Counted from the first letter of the stretch, positions 54,869-64,000 are shown. The stretch is 64,000 nucleotides of DNA from an uncultured Gammaproteobacteria bacterium (GCA_964645605.1 CAZYCE010000001.1:64063-128062), one strand, 5' to 3'. Translations and numbers: made by a program. Notes: a model not told the origin generated them from the letters alone.

Positions 54869-55849
54869 ATGAAAACCTGGCAGAAAATCAAAATCGACCC
54901 GGCACTTTTGGAAAAATTTTTGGTCAGAGAGAAAGTAGTAGATTCGATCAGATTCTTTCTTAAAGATCGAGGTTTCCGTGAAGTTTTTACACCAATTCTT
55001 GTTCCTGTTCCGTCAATTGAGCCTAATTTGGAGGTTTTTGAGACAGAACTCAGGACCTCGAAGGGTGTAAAAAGAGACGGATATTTGATAATGAGCCCCG
55101 AATTTTCGATTAAAAAACTTCTTGCGGCAGGAGTCGGAAATTGTTTTGAAATTACCAGGTGCTTCAGAAATGAGGAAGAGGTAAGTACACTTCACAATCC
55201 GGAATTTACAATGCTTGAATGGTATAGGGTGGGGGCAAACTATTTTGATGTGATGGACGATTTTGAAAATTTATTTATCGAGATAGTCAAAAAAATAAAT
55301 CCCAAAACAGATCTCAAAAAATGGGAATATCAGGAAAAATCATTTGATTTAACCGTGCCTTGGCCGAGGGTGAGAATTCCCGATGCCTTCAAAAAATATG
55401 CCAAAAAAGATGTTCTGAAAATAACCGACGCGGATTTTTACAAGATTTATTTTAATGAAATTGAGCCAGAGCTTAAGAAGCTCGGCAAGCCTTATTTTAT
55501 TTATGATTATCCGATTTCTCAGGCATCACTCTCAAAACCTACCCCTGACCCGCGTTTTGCGGAAAGATTTGAAGTATTTTTGGATGGGATTGAACTCGGA
55601 AACTGCTTTTCGGAATTGATTGATGCTAAGGAGCAGAAAAAGAGATTTGAAGCAGAAAAAGTTCTTCGGCAAGCTCAGGGTAAAACAAAATATCCCATCG
55701 ATGAAGATCTGATAAAGGCTTTAGAGGTGGGGTTGCCTGAAGTTTCAGGGATTGCGGTTGGTGTAGATCGTTTAGTTATGCTTGCCGCAAATACTTCTTC
55801 AATTTCTGAAACGCTCTTTTTCCCCGGAAAAGAGTTATTTGACCTCTAA
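54869..55849 (+). CDS. epmA: Elongation factor P--(R)-beta-lysine ligase EpmA (PoxA/GenX), a truncated class II LysRS paralog.
   Basis: Class II aaRS motifs (…FREVFTPILVP… motif 1, FEITRCFRNEE motif 2, GIAVGVDRLVML motif 3). 326 aa with no anticodon-binding domain. Adjacent to efp. Confidence 0.75.
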   Translation: MKTWQKIKIDPALLEKFLVREKVVDSIRFFLKDRGFREVFTPILVPVPSIEPNLEVFETELRTSKGVKRDGYLIMSPEFSIKKLLAAGVGNCFEITRCFRNEEEVSTLHNPEFTMLEWYRVGANYFDVMDDFENLFIEIVKKINPKTDLKKWEYQEKSFDLTVPWPRVRIPDAFKKYAKKDVLKITDADFYKIYFNEIEPELKKLGKPYFIYDYPISQASLSKPTPDPRFAERFEVFLDGIELGNCFSELIDAKEQKKRFEAEKVLRQAQGKTKYPIDEDLIKALEVGLPEVSGIAVGVDRLVMLAANTSSISETLFFPGKELFDL

Positions 55850-55875
55850 CTAGCTTCGGGATTACAATACACGGT

Positions 55876-56445
55876 ATGGCAAATACAATTAATGCCGGTA
55901 ACATTACCAAAGGCAGCTTCATTATTTTCAAGGGAGCGCCTGTTTTTATAACAAAAGCGGAGTTTATGTCTCCGGGAAAAGGGTCTCCCGTAATGAGAAT
56001 TAAGTTTAGAAACGTACAGACGGGAACCGCAGGGGAGTTTACTTATAAAACCGGCGAAAGTGTTGAGACCGCCGAAATTGAAAAGAAAGAAATGGAATAT
56101 CTTTACCGCGACGGAGACGAACTTGTTTTTATGGATCCCAAAAGCTATGACCAGGTAAATATTCCTCTTGCTCTCATTGATGAACAGTTTGGGTATCTCA
56201 CACCGAATCTTAGGTGCTGGATCGTCTGGTACAAGGGAAATCCTATAGGAGTCAATTTGCCCTCTCACGTGACATTGCGAGTAACCGACTCTCCGGATGA
56301 AGTCGCCGGCAATAGGATTAATGCTCCCAAAAAAACCGTTAAACTTGAAACCGGAATCGAAGCTCAGGTCCCTTTGTTTATTAAGGTTGGAGAAAAAGTG
56401 CAGCTCGATACGGGAACAGGAGAATACCTAGGGAGAGTCAAGTAA
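55876..56445 (+). CDS. efp: Translation elongation factor P, with the conserved modifiable Lys in the SPGKGS loop.
   Basis: MANTINAGNITKGSFIIFKGAPVFITKAEFMSPGKGSPVMRIKFRN… KOW/OB-domain pattern, 189 aa. Confidence 0.9.
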   Translation: MANTINAGNITKGSFIIFKGAPVFITKAEFMSPGKGSPVMRIKFRNVQTGTAGEFTYKTGESVETAEIEKKEMEYLYRDGDELVFMDPKSYDQVNIPLALIDEQFGYLTPNLRCWIVWYKGNPIGVNLPSHVTLRVTDSPDEVAGNRINAPKKTVKLETGIEAQVPLFIKVGEKVQLDTGTGEYLGRVK

Positions 56446-56490
56446 ACCTGGTCTTCAGGCGGACCTCATTTTGAGTTATTATTATTTCTA

Positions 56491-57990
56491 ATGACTCTTT
56501 TGTCTACTTTTCTTGCAACTGCTCCCTTTTTATTGTTTTTGATACTTCTCATTTGGAAAAAATTACCTCTTATTTGGATTTCTTTGATTACCTTGGTCTT
56601 GGTAACGCTACTGGCGGCTCTTTTTTGGCAGGTTTATCCCGCATATATTGTGGGCTCTGTTGCAAAAGGCTTTTTTGTGGCCCTTGACATATTTTTCATT
56701 ATTTTCGGGGCAATATTTTTCCTGGAAATTATGAAGGAGATTAAAATAATTGAAAATATCGGCTACTATCTGGAATCCGTTTCCAAAGATCTTCGGGTTC
56801 AGGTAATATTTTTAGCTTGGTTTTTTGAGAATTTTTTGGAGGGAACTGCAGGATTCGGAACTCCGGCGGCGGTTGTCGCCCCGCTCCTGGTAGGCCTGGG
56901 AATTACCCCGATCAATGCCGTGATAATTGCCCTTTTAGGCAACAGTGCCTCGGGAGTTTTTGGTGCCGCGGGAACCCCGATCAAAATTGGATTTGGCTCT
57001 CTTGCCGGGGCGGGTGTTCCTCTTACAGCCTCAATTATAAATTTAATCGGGATCTTAGTACCTGTCTTTATGCTTTGGTTTTTAACTAAGGGTAAAGAAA
57101 ACGGAAGGAAAGAATTTACCGAGGCTCTGCCTTTTGCACTTTGGGCAGGAGCTGCTTTTGCTATTTCCTCGATATTAACTGTATTTTTAGGTCAAGAGTT
57201 TCCGTCGATCTTAGGATCGGTAATCGGTCTTTTGCTGGTACTTATTACCACTAAACTCGGAATTTTTATCCCAAAAAAGGAAAAGGAACTCATAGACAGG
57301 CCTCACCCGGCCAGGCTTCCATTGGTCGAGGTACTCACTCCTTATTTACTGTTGATCATAATTCTGGTTGCGGGAAAGTTCCTGCTCGGATCATCCGGTA
57401 TTCAAATTCCGATTTTTATTAAACACACGTTTGCATTCTTTAACCCCGGTTTCGTTTTCATAATTGCCGGAACAATAACGTTATTACTGCACAAAAAGGG
57501 TACAAAATTTTTTGCCAATTCCGCAAAAACTGCATTAAAGGGATCCTTGATACCTTTTTTAGTAATTGTTTTTATGTCTTCAGTTGCACAAATTATGGTT
57601 AATTCCGTACATAATGCAATCTCACTGCCATCGATGATAGATTTATTGGCAACCAATGTTAAAAATGTTCTCCTTCCGCTGTGGGCACCTTTCGTGGGCG
57701 CATTCGGAAGTTTTCTTACAGGGAGTGTTACAATTTCGAATTTAATGTTTGGAAATTTTTTGGCAGTCGCTGCGAAAGATCTGGGCTTTGCTGTTGATAA
57801 AATACTGGCACTTGCACTCGTCGGGGGAGCGGCGGGGAACATGATTGCACTAGCGGATATAATGGCTGCGGAAGCCGTGGTGGGACTAAAAAATGAGGAG
57901 AGAAAAGTAATAAGAGGAGTTATAATTCCCTGTATAATTTATATCGGTTTGGCAGGTTTGATTGGAATGTTTGTTCTACGGCCTTTGTAG
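56491..57990 (+). CDS. Polytopic permease (499 aa, ≥12 TM), possibly LctP (lactate permease)-like. Family uncertain.
   Basis: Hydropathy only: dense Gly/Ala-rich TM helices throughout. Confidence 0.35.
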   Translation: MTLLSTFLATAPFLLFLILLIWKKLPLIWISLITLVLVTLLAALFWQVYPAYIVGSVAKGFFVALDIFFIIFGAIFFLEIMKEIKIIENIGYYLESVSKDLRVQVIFLAWFFENFLEGTAGFGTPAAVVAPLLVGLGITPINAVIIALLGNSASGVFGAAGTPIKIGFGSLAGAGVPLTASIINLIGILVPVFMLWFLTKGKENGRKEFTEALPFALWAGAAFAISSILTVFLGQEFPSILGSVIGLLLVLITTKLGIFIPKKEKELIDRPHPARLPLVEVLTPYLLLIIILVAGKFLLGSSGIQIPIFIKHTFAFFNPGFVFIIAGTITLLLHKKGTKFFANSAKTALKGSLIPFLVIVFMSSVAQIMVNSVHNAISLPSMIDLLATNVKNVLLPLWAPFVGAFGSFLTGSVTISNLMFGNFLAVAAKDLGFAVDKILALALVGGAAGNMIALADIMAAEAVVGLKNEERKVIRGVIIPCIIYIGLAGLIGMFVLRPL

Positions 57991-58128
57991 AGTAATATAT
58001 CCAGTATGTCGCTGCATAATACGGAAACTGACTTTTTTGGTAAGCAGGATGGAGAAAAAATTCTTTATGTAATTAAACCCCACCCTCTTTCGCTCTCATT
58101 TAAGATTGTCAAAATATAGGTAATTTCA

Positions 58129-58620
58129 TTGGCGGTATTTTTTGCATTCACAATGCTTGGATCCCAGTTGGTTCTTCATACGGCGTTTGTGATGGCGGGA
58201 CTTATTGTGGCGATTTTGATCGCACTGGTCGGAACAAAAATAGTTACTGATTGTCAAAAAAGAGAGATAGCGTATATCACAGATAGACGCCTGATCCGTT
58301 TTGAGCCGACGACTCTCTTTGCTACAAATCCGAGGTCTTTAAGCTGGGACGAAGTTGTTAAGGTTAAAACTTACCCCAAAAACGCTCTCTGGAAACAAAT
58401 GGCTATAGGAAATGTTGTGGTTCATGCCAGAACTCCGGCAAGATCTAAAGAAAATACCCCCGGAATGGTGGACGCCGATGATATTGAATTAAAAGATGTT
58501 TATTATTACAAAGATTTAGGAAATTACATCGATAAAATTCTTTTTACATACAAACAGAGGCCGAAAGAAATGGATGAAATAAGGCCTTTTATCCTAAAAC
58601 CAAAATGGGAAAGATACTGA
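58129..58620 (+). CDS. Membrane protein with TM hairpin + bacterial PH (bPH_2) domain.
   Basis: TM hairpin, then ITDRRLIRFEPTTLFATNPRSLSWDEVVKVKTYPKNALWKQMAIGNVVVHA… as in YdbS/YdbT-like bPH_2 proteins. Same architecture as 36118-36729. Confidence 0.4.
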   Translation: MAVFFAFTMLGSQLVLHTAFVMAGLIVAILIALVGTKIVTDCQKREIAYITDRRLIRFEPTTLFATNPRSLSWDEVVKVKTYPKNALWKQMAIGNVVVHARTPARSKENTPGMVDADDIELKDVYYYKDLGNYIDKILFTYKQRPKEMDEIRPFILKPKWERY

Positions 58621-58639
58621 TCAATTAACAATTGGCAAT

Positions 58640-59191
58640 TTACAATTCACGGTTGAGGCGGATTGCAGGGGATAGGATAAACCTTTTGGCCAGTTCGTAA
58701 GCTCCGAAGAATACTCCTGTATAGAAAAAGTCTCCCAAAATAGTGTTGCGGAAAAATGGTATGGCCAAGGTAAAACACTCAACAAGCCCGAAAATGTTTT
58801 TGGCATACATCGTCCCGAAGGCCCAGACGGCAAAATTGGTAATGATAAAAAATAGAACCGAAGACGCGATTGGGGCAAGCAAAATATTTTTAAGGTCTTT
58901 ATGCTTTTTGAGCCGGAAACCGATCAAGACGGTTATTAAAAAGCTTCCGTAAACAGCAATTCTTACAGGTATGTTGTCGAAACCGATCAGAAAATCCGAG
59001 ACTATCATTGCCAAAAGCGGGATAATGAGAGCTTGTTTTTTTGACATATACACCCCCCCGAAGAGGGCCATTGCGGCAATCGGTGCAAAATTGGCCGGAT
59101 GCGGAATAATCCGCGAAAAGGCCCCGATGACAATAAAGGCGGTGGGCTGGGATATCTTAGTAATTAGCGACTTTCCATTTAATTTCATCAT
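58640..59191 (-). CDS. Six-TM small membrane protein resembling an ECF-transporter substrate-specific (S) component.
   Basis: 183 aa, six hydrophobic helices. Architecture only. Confidence 0.35.
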   Translation of the reverse strand: MMKLNGKSLITKISQPTAFIVIGAFSRIIPHPANFAPIAAMALFGGVYMSKKQALIIPLLAMIVSDFLIGFDNIPVRIAVYGSFLITVLIGFRLKKHKDLKNILLAPIASSVLFFIITNFAVWAFGTMYAKNIFGLVECFTLAIPFFRNTILGDFFYTGVFFGAYELAKRFILSPAIRLNREL

Positions 59192-59546
59192 GGTTTTTGA
59201 TTATATAGCTTCCTGCGCCGATCGGTGCCTCGACTCCGTTGACATCAAATTCCCAAAACTCACGCTTAAGAGTATTTGCCGATCGCCCTCCGATTGATGT
59301 TATAAAAGCATTGGCTCCGGTTCCGTTTGTTGTAATGCTAATTTTAGCCTCCGTTGCCTCCAGAGCAGTTTTGCCGACATAGTCGGAAATATCATAGGCC
59401 TGACCCTCGATTTTTAGAGTAGCGTAGTTTGTTTCCCGGGAAACTGCAGGCAAAGTACGGGGTGATTTAAATTTAAATATAAGAAAACCCGCTACCACTA
59501 CGAGGATCAAAACTGCCGGAAGTAATAATTTTTTAAAGTTTTTCAT
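59157..59546 (-). CDS. Secreted/anchored small protein (129 aa), DUF4430-like by recollection. Overlaps the downstream S-component-like gene, suggesting co-translation.
   Basis: Signal/anchor LLLPAVLILVVVAGFLIF. Domain …FITSIGGRSANTLKREFWEFDVNGVEAPIGAGSYIIKNHDEIKWKV. Confidence 0.3.
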   Translation of the reverse strand: MKNFKKLLLPAVLILVVVAGFLIFKFKSPRTLPAVSRETNYATLKIEGQAYDISDYVGKTALEATEAKISITTNGTGANAFITSIGGRSANTLKREFWEFDVNGVEAPIGAGSYIIKNHDEIKWKVANY

Positions 59547-59961
59547 TTCCTACTCGGGTTTTAATTTGTCCTTCGATTTATCTCAGGACTTCGGCTTTTA
59601 GCCTCAGGGTTCCGGGTATACGGTAGCGGTACTCCCACAGACTTACACTGTGATTCACCAACAATCACAATGTAGTTTGAAAAATTATATTGGTCAAGTG
59701 GTATATTTATATTGGAAGGGGGTGAGTCGGGTGAAAATTATCGGCAAAAACAAAAAGTTAGCCTCCAGGGTTTTGTTTTATGGATCAGTTGTCGCGGTTT
59801 TATTTTCAGTTTTTAGCTGGATAGGGGTTGATATTTGGCTTGCATCAACCCAGTGGCTTCTGGTGGCTGCAGTTTTGGCACTTTTCAGTATTTATTTGAA
59901 ATAAACTGAGCCCTGCGGTAATAGCGCGTTAAATTTGCGGAAATTATGAAATCCCTTTTGC

Positions 59962-59990
59962 TTGACTTTATAGAGAAGTAGTGCTAAGTT
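59962..59990 (+). promoter_or_regulatory. Sigma-70-like promoter candidate (TTGACT -17 nt- TAAGTT) upstream of the 60000 gene.
   Basis: cTTGACTttatagagaagtagtgcTAAGTTtcg with 17-nt spacing. Confidence 0.35.
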
Positions 59991-59999
59991 TCGCTCAGA

Positions 60000-60440
60000 A
60001 TGAACACAAAGAAAGTTATACTCATCTTTGTAGCCTTAATTGCATTAATTGTTGTCTTCTTTTTTGTTTTTCCAAAGTTTAATAAAAAGCCCTCAACAAC
60101 TCTTCCCGTCGGTACCCCCTCGGTAGAACAACAGTTGGAGCAAAAACTCAACGGCCTCACAATACCCAACGATGTGGAGAAGATTGAGCTTAAAAATGTA
60201 TCGGGCGGGGAGGAAATGGGGATTGCCACGAGAACAGAAGTTGTGGCGGATTTACCGGAGCCGCCCGCAGGGAAAAGTTATCAGGTATACCTGGGTAACG
60301 GAACAAAAACGGTTCTTTTGGGGACGATGCATCAGGCGAAGGGCGGATGGATTCTCGAGTATAATTCTTCGAAATATCCGGGATATGACCAAATTACGGT
60401 CGTAAGAGGATCGGAACATATACTCGAGGGCTCATTTTAA
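60000..60440 (+). CDS. Membrane-anchored extracytoplasmic hypothetical protein (146 aa).
   Basis: N-terminal anchor KVILIFVALIALIVVFFFVF. Confidence 0.35.
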   Translation: MNTKKVILIFVALIALIVVFFFVFPKFNKKPSTTLPVGTPSVEQQLEQKLNGLTIPNDVEKIELKNVSGGEEMGIATRTEVVADLPEPPAGKSYQVYLGNGTKTVLLGTMHQAKGGWILEYNSSKYPGYDQITVVRGSEHILEGSF

Positions 60441-60490
60441 CATCTTAAGTAGACTAAGCGCTGCCTTTTGAGCTAATATAAGGTTAGCGT

Positions 60491-60745
60491 ATGCAATTTA
60501 CAATTTACTCCACATCGGCCTGTCCTTATTGCAAAATGCTTAAGGATTATTTGGAAGAGAAGGGGGTTGCTTATACTGAAAAAATGGTGGATTTGGATGA
60601 GGCGGCGAAGGCGGAGATGTCGGAACTTTCCGGTGGCTTTTTCGGAGTACCTTTTACGCTGGCAACTTTTGATGATGGGAGGCGTGAAACGGTAATAGGT
60701 TTTGATAGAGGAAAGATCGATTCACTTTTAAATTCTCAAGGATGA
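60491..60745 (+). CDS. Glutaredoxin-like protein (NrdH/Grx fold).
   Basis: CPYC active site in MQFTIYSTSACPYCKMLKDYLEEKGV… and a GVPFT-type cis-Pro loop region. Confidence 0.65.
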   Translation: MQFTIYSTSACPYCKMLKDYLEEKGVAYTEKMVDLDEAAKAEMSELSGGFFGVPFTLATFDDGRRETVIGFDRGKIDSLLNSQG

Positions 60746-61401
60746 TATTTGTAAACTACAAAACTTTTGAAGAAGGCTCGGGTGAGGCTGCAATATCCCT
60801 GACAAATGCTCTGGAAGAAGCGGCTCGCAAATCGCAAGTAAAAATAATCCCGGTGGTTCAGGTAATTGATGCTGAGAAAATTATTGCCTCAACTACTCTG
60901 GAGGTTTGGATACAGCATGTTGACCCGGTAAGCTACGGGCCGCACACGGGTTGGATCCTGCCCGAAGAAGCGGCAAGTATAGGAGTTTCGGGGGTATTTT
61001 TAAACCACTCGGAGCACAAATTTAACGATTTTGAAGCTCTTCGTATGGCAAACGAGAAAGCCCTTGAGGTTAATCTCAAAACCCTGATTTTTGCAGGGAG
61101 TCTTGAGGAACTTAAAAACATTGTTACACTCAAACCCACATATGTTTCCTATGAACCTGTAGCCCTAATCGGTTCTACTACAAATTCGGTTGCTAGGGCG
61201 CAACCGGAAATTATTTCTCAGGCGTATGATATTGCCCGGGAGGGTGGAGAACCTTTAATAGTGGGAGCAGGGGTAAATTCGATGGAAGATATCAAAAAAA
61301 GTTTGGAGCTGGGAGCCACCGGGGTTGCTATTGCGACTGCCGTTGTCAAGGCTCCGGACCCAAAAGCAAAACTGTTAGAATTAACGGAGGGATTTAAATG
61401 A
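60742..61401 (+). CDS. tpiA: Triosephosphate isomerase, short archaeal-type (219 aa).
   Basis: …LNHSEHK… (catalytic His region) and …VSYEPVALIGS… (catalytic Glu, E-P-V-W-A-I-G-like) in a ~220-aa protein. Confidence 0.65.
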   Translation: MIFVNYKTFEEGSGEAAISLTNALEEAARKSQVKIIPVVQVIDAEKIIASTTLEVWIQHVDPVSYGPHTGWILPEEAASIGVSGVFLNHSEHKFNDFEALRMANEKALEVNLKTLIFAGSLEELKNIVTLKPTYVSYEPVALIGSTTNSVARAQPEIISQAYDIAREGGEPLIVGAGVNSMEDIKKSLELGATGVAIATAVVKAPDPKAKLLELTEGFK

Positions 61402-61847
61402 AAATTTTTCTCGGCGCTGATCATAGAGGCTATGAATTAAAGGAAAAAATTGCCAAGTGGCTTTTTGAAATGGAGTACCCGTATCAGGATTTGGGTGCAT
61501 ATCACTTTAATCCTCACGATGACTATACAAAATATGCCGAACAAGTTGCCTCTCTTGTTGCCACTACCGAAAACGCACGCGGGGTACTTCTTTGCGGAAG
61601 CGGAGTAGGTGTGGACGTGATGGCTAATAAATTCGACGGGATTAGGGCATCAATAGGAAAGGACGTTTTTCAAGTTGAAGCGGGAAGAAATGATGATGAT
61701 ATGAACGTATTGGTAATTGCGGCAGACTTTACAGAAGAAAAAGACGCCAAAGCGATGCTTATTGCCTTCCTGGAAACAAAATACTCAGGTAAGGCCAAGT
61801 ATGAACGAAGGCTTCAGGAAATTGCTGAGATAGAGGCCAATAACTGA
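61398..61847 (+). CDS. rpiB: Ribose-5-phosphate isomerase B (RpiB/LacAB family).
   Basis: MKIFLGADHRGYELK… and …LLCGSGVGVDVMANKF… signatures. Confidence 0.8.
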   Translation: MKIFLGADHRGYELKEKIAKWLFEMEYPYQDLGAYHFNPHDDYTKYAEQVASLVATTENARGVLLCGSGVGVDVMANKFDGIRASIGKDVFQVEAGRNDDDMNVLVIAADFTEEKDAKAMLIAFLETKYSGKAKYERRLQEIAEIEANN

Positions 61848-61850
61848 CTT

Positions 61851-62813
61851 ATGAACTTGCCCAAACCGATTGACTTTGATGTTGCCGGAAAAAGAGTGCT
61901 TTTAAGGTTGGATCTTGATACAAACCCCGATAAGGATGATTTAAGAATCAAGGCCTCAGAAGAGTCACTGAACTTTTTAAAAGAAAAAGGTGCTTCGAAA
62001 ATTGTAATTATTGGTCACAAAGGCAGACCCAATGGCAAACCGGATGAAACTCTGAGTTTGAAGCCTTTTGAACAGATTTTTTCATATTGGGGAGCTGAAG
62101 TTAAGGAAAATTTGCGTTTTGACAAGGGTGAGGAAACAAATGACGAATTGTTCGTAAAAGAAATTGCCTCTTGGGGAGATGTTTACATCAACGATGCTTT
62201 TGCCTCAAGCCATAGAGCACATGCCTCAATTGTAGGCTTGCCAAAACTTTTGCCCCACGCGGCTGGATTCAGATTTGAAAAAGAGGTAGAAAACTTAAGT
62301 AAAGTTCTCGAAAATCCCCAAAGACCCCTGGTTTTTATGATTAGCGGAGTGAAGGAAGACAAACTTTCCTATATTTCCGAATTTGAAAAAAATGCCGACA
62401 AAGTTTTGGTGGGGGGAAGGCTCCCGTATTTTTTGGGTGATAAAAGGCTTGAGAGCGTGAGAACCCAAAACGGGAAAGTAGTGATTGGGAATTTAGTTAT
62501 GGATAAAGAGGATATAACACTAAATACAATTCAGAGATTTGAGAAGGAAATTAGGGAAGCAAAGACGATCATAGTTTCGGGTCCTCTGGGAAGATTCGAA
62601 GATGCAGGTCATAGACAGGGAACGGAGAGAGTCCTGAGGTCTGTGACAGAGAATAAAAATGCTTACAAAATTGCAGGTGGTGGAGATACCGAGGCGGCGA
62701 TAAGTCTTTTTAGTCTTTCGGATAAATTTGATTGGATTTCGGTTGGGGGTGGAGCAATGCTTGAATTTTTATCTAAAAAGACTCTTCCAGGAATTGAGGC
62801 TCTTCTTAAATAA
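61851..62813 (+). CDS. pgk: Phosphoglycerate kinase-like protein, unusually short (320 aa).
   Basis: N-terminal …DVAGKRVLLRLDLD… (cf. PGK L-x-GKRVL-x-RVDFNVP) and C-terminal …KIAGGGDTEAAISLF… (cf. GGGDTAAA). About 70 aa shorter than typical PGK. Confidence 0.55.
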   Translation: MNLPKPIDFDVAGKRVLLRLDLDTNPDKDDLRIKASEESLNFLKEKGASKIVIIGHKGRPNGKPDETLSLKPFEQIFSYWGAEVKENLRFDKGEETNDELFVKEIASWGDVYINDAFASSHRAHASIVGLPKLLPHAAGFRFEKEVENLSKVLENPQRPLVFMISGVKEDKLSYISEFEKNADKVLVGGRLPYFLGDKRLESVRTQNGKVVIGNLVMDKEDITLNTIQRFEKEIREAKTIIVSGPLGRFEDAGHRQGTERVLRSVTENKNAYKIAGGGDTEAAISLFSLSDKFDWISVGGGAMLEFLSKKTLPGIEALLK

Positions 62814-63632
62814 TTTCATTGATTTACTATCAACTGTGTTGCCTTGGAATAAGATCGAAATGAAATTTCTCAACTTAATATTTCTTTTATCACCCCTTTT
62901 GTAAAAAGAACCGCCTTTCATTGGGTAAAGAAGTAATGTATCTTTTTTGGTTAGTTTGCCGCCCTTAAGCATTTTTAGAATTTCCATTTGAGACATTTCT
63001 TGCAGCATTTTAAATGTACCTATTTTTTTAAGTCTTCTGAATGAATATGTATATTTAGGGGTTTTAACAAACTCAAACTTCATACTTAATTTGCGTGCTC
63101 TTTTAAGAAGATCTTCGCCTTCACGCCAATTTATATCTACATCAAATCCTTTCAGGATATCGAAGGATTTTTTCTTAATGACCATCATAGATTCCATAAC
63201 GTAAGGAGTGGAAGAATTTTTATTTATATCCATAAAAACATTCATAACTGTGGCTGTAAATTTATCCTGCTTATTGTCCGTATCGGGTTTGAGCCATGTG
63301 GACAGAATATCGGGGTTAAGTGTTTCTATTTGGTGTTTTAAGCCAGTGAGAAAATTTTTGGGAATTCTATTATCTGCATCCATGAACACAATCCAGGGAG
63401 AATTACTGCTTTTTGCTCCGAGATTTCTCTGGTATGAAACATTTTTCTCGCTGCTGCTAATGATTTTAGCTTTGTATTTTTTGGCAATTACAGTGGTTTT
63501 ATCTTTTGAATTTGCGTCAACTACAATTACTTTAAAATCCTTGAATGTTTGTTTTGAAAGGTCATCAAGGAGATTAGGGAGGTGTTTTTCCTCGTTTAGG
63601 GTAGGAATGACAATTGTAAAATACACATTCAT
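62769..63632 (-). CDS. Family 2 glycosyltransferase.
   Basis: N-terminal FTIVIPTLNEEKHLPNLLDDLSKQTFKDFKVIVVDANSKDKT, and a DAD-like (MDAD) motif. Confidence 0.65.
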   Translation of the reverse strand: MNVYFTIVIPTLNEEKHLPNLLDDLSKQTFKDFKVIVVDANSKDKTTVIAKKYKAKIISSSEKNVSYQRNLGAKSSNSPWIVFMDADNRIPKNFLTGLKHQIETLNPDILSTWLKPDTDNKQDKFTATVMNVFMDINKNSSTPYVMESMMVIKKKSFDILKGFDVDINWREGEDLLKRARKLSMKFEFVKTPKYTYSFRRLKKIGTFKMLQEMSQMEILKMLKGGKLTKKDTLLLYPMKGGSFYKRGDKRNIKLRNFISILFQGNTVDSKSMKLFKKSLNSWKSLFR

Positions 63633-63701
63633 TCTTGTAATTATATCTCAAGATTTAGGGTATGGCTTGTTCTTCAGGGATGTTATAATTAGTATACTGT
63701 C

Positions 63702-64000
63702 ATGGTCAAAGTAGGAATAAACGGGTTCGGAAGAATAGGAAGAATTGCCTTCAGAATAGGTGTATTAAAACATCTTGATGAAATTGAATTTGCTGCAATA
63801 AATACCTCAGGGAGTATGCCGGTGTCTGGTTGGGCCCACCTCACAAACTATGACACGATGTATCGGGCTTTTCAGTACAAAGTTCTGGGACGTGATTTAA
63901 AGGACCCGAAGGACGCAACCGATGAAGACTCGCTGATAGGGGAGATTGCAATTCCTGAAAGAAATGTTAAAGTTCCGATTCTTGCTCAGAAAGACCCTGC
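63702..64000 (+). CDS. gap: Glyceraldehyde-3-phosphate dehydrogenase, 3'-partial (runs off the window).
   Basis: MVKVGINGFGRIGRIAFR NAD-binding N-terminus. The ORF-track entry 63208-63714 is in a different frame and judged spurious. Confidence 0.8.
   Translation, partial: MVKVGINGFGRIGRIAFRIGVLKHLDEIEFAAINTSGSMPVSGWAHLTNYDTMYRAFQYKVLGRDLKDPKDATDEDSLIGEIAIPERNVKVPILAQKDP

Noticed and set aside
59547-59650. Cobalamin or other known riboswitch upstream of the ECF-like pair
   Set aside because: No B12-box (GCCACTG) or other recognisable riboswitch consensus could be found by eye. Kept only as a generic structured-leader hypothesis.
63208-63714. 168-aa plus-strand ORF overlapping the GT2 gene and running into gap
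   Set aside because: Wrong frame relative to the clear GAPDH start (MVKVGINGFGRIGR at 63702). Overlaps the well-supported minus-strand glycosyltransferase.
1-64000. CRISPR arrays, rRNA genes, transposases/integrases
   Set aside because: No regularly spaced direct repeats, no rRNA-like conserved stretches, and no DDE/tyrosine-recombinase motifs were seen in any ORF.

Overview
The window (~40% GC) reads as a reduced-genome bacterial chromosome around its replication origin. Gene content and style suggest a Candidate Phyla Radiation (Patescibacteria)-like organism, but that is inference from the sequence only. The housekeeping core includes a TsaC/TsaE fusion with tsaD, a C-terminally short valS, rplY, rnhA and the conserved rpmH-rnpA-yidD-yidC-jag / dnaA-dnaN origin block with recognisable DnaA boxes. 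It also has smpB with a tmRNA, dnaG-rpoD, tdh-kbl, epmA-efp, hsp20 and a tpiA-rpiB-pgk-gap carbon-metabolism cluster. The accessory content is more unusual. Directly downstream of dnaN (15.6-38.8 kb) lies a large island that I read as a Gram-positive-style type IV secretion / pilus-like apparatus. It has a VirB4-family ATPase, a VirB6-like polytopic membrane protein, a giant membrane protein ending in an M23 peptidase domain, a SpoIID-domain cell-wall enzyme and large secreted Cys-rich proteins. It also has a tandem array of eight paralogous two-helix pilin-like (TrbC/VirB2-like) genes, two of them fused to Cys-rich extracellular modules. No relaxase or VirD4 coupling ATPase is visible. Other notable items are a tRNA-Asn(GUU) interrupted in its anticodon loop by a ~190-nt group I intron, and all four tRNA-Ser isoacceptors clustered within 3 kb. 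Alongside those sit a free-standing LAGLIDADG homing endonuclease, a tRNA-Arg(GCG)-like gene and a degraded comFC. No CRISPR array, rRNA or obvious transposase was seen.
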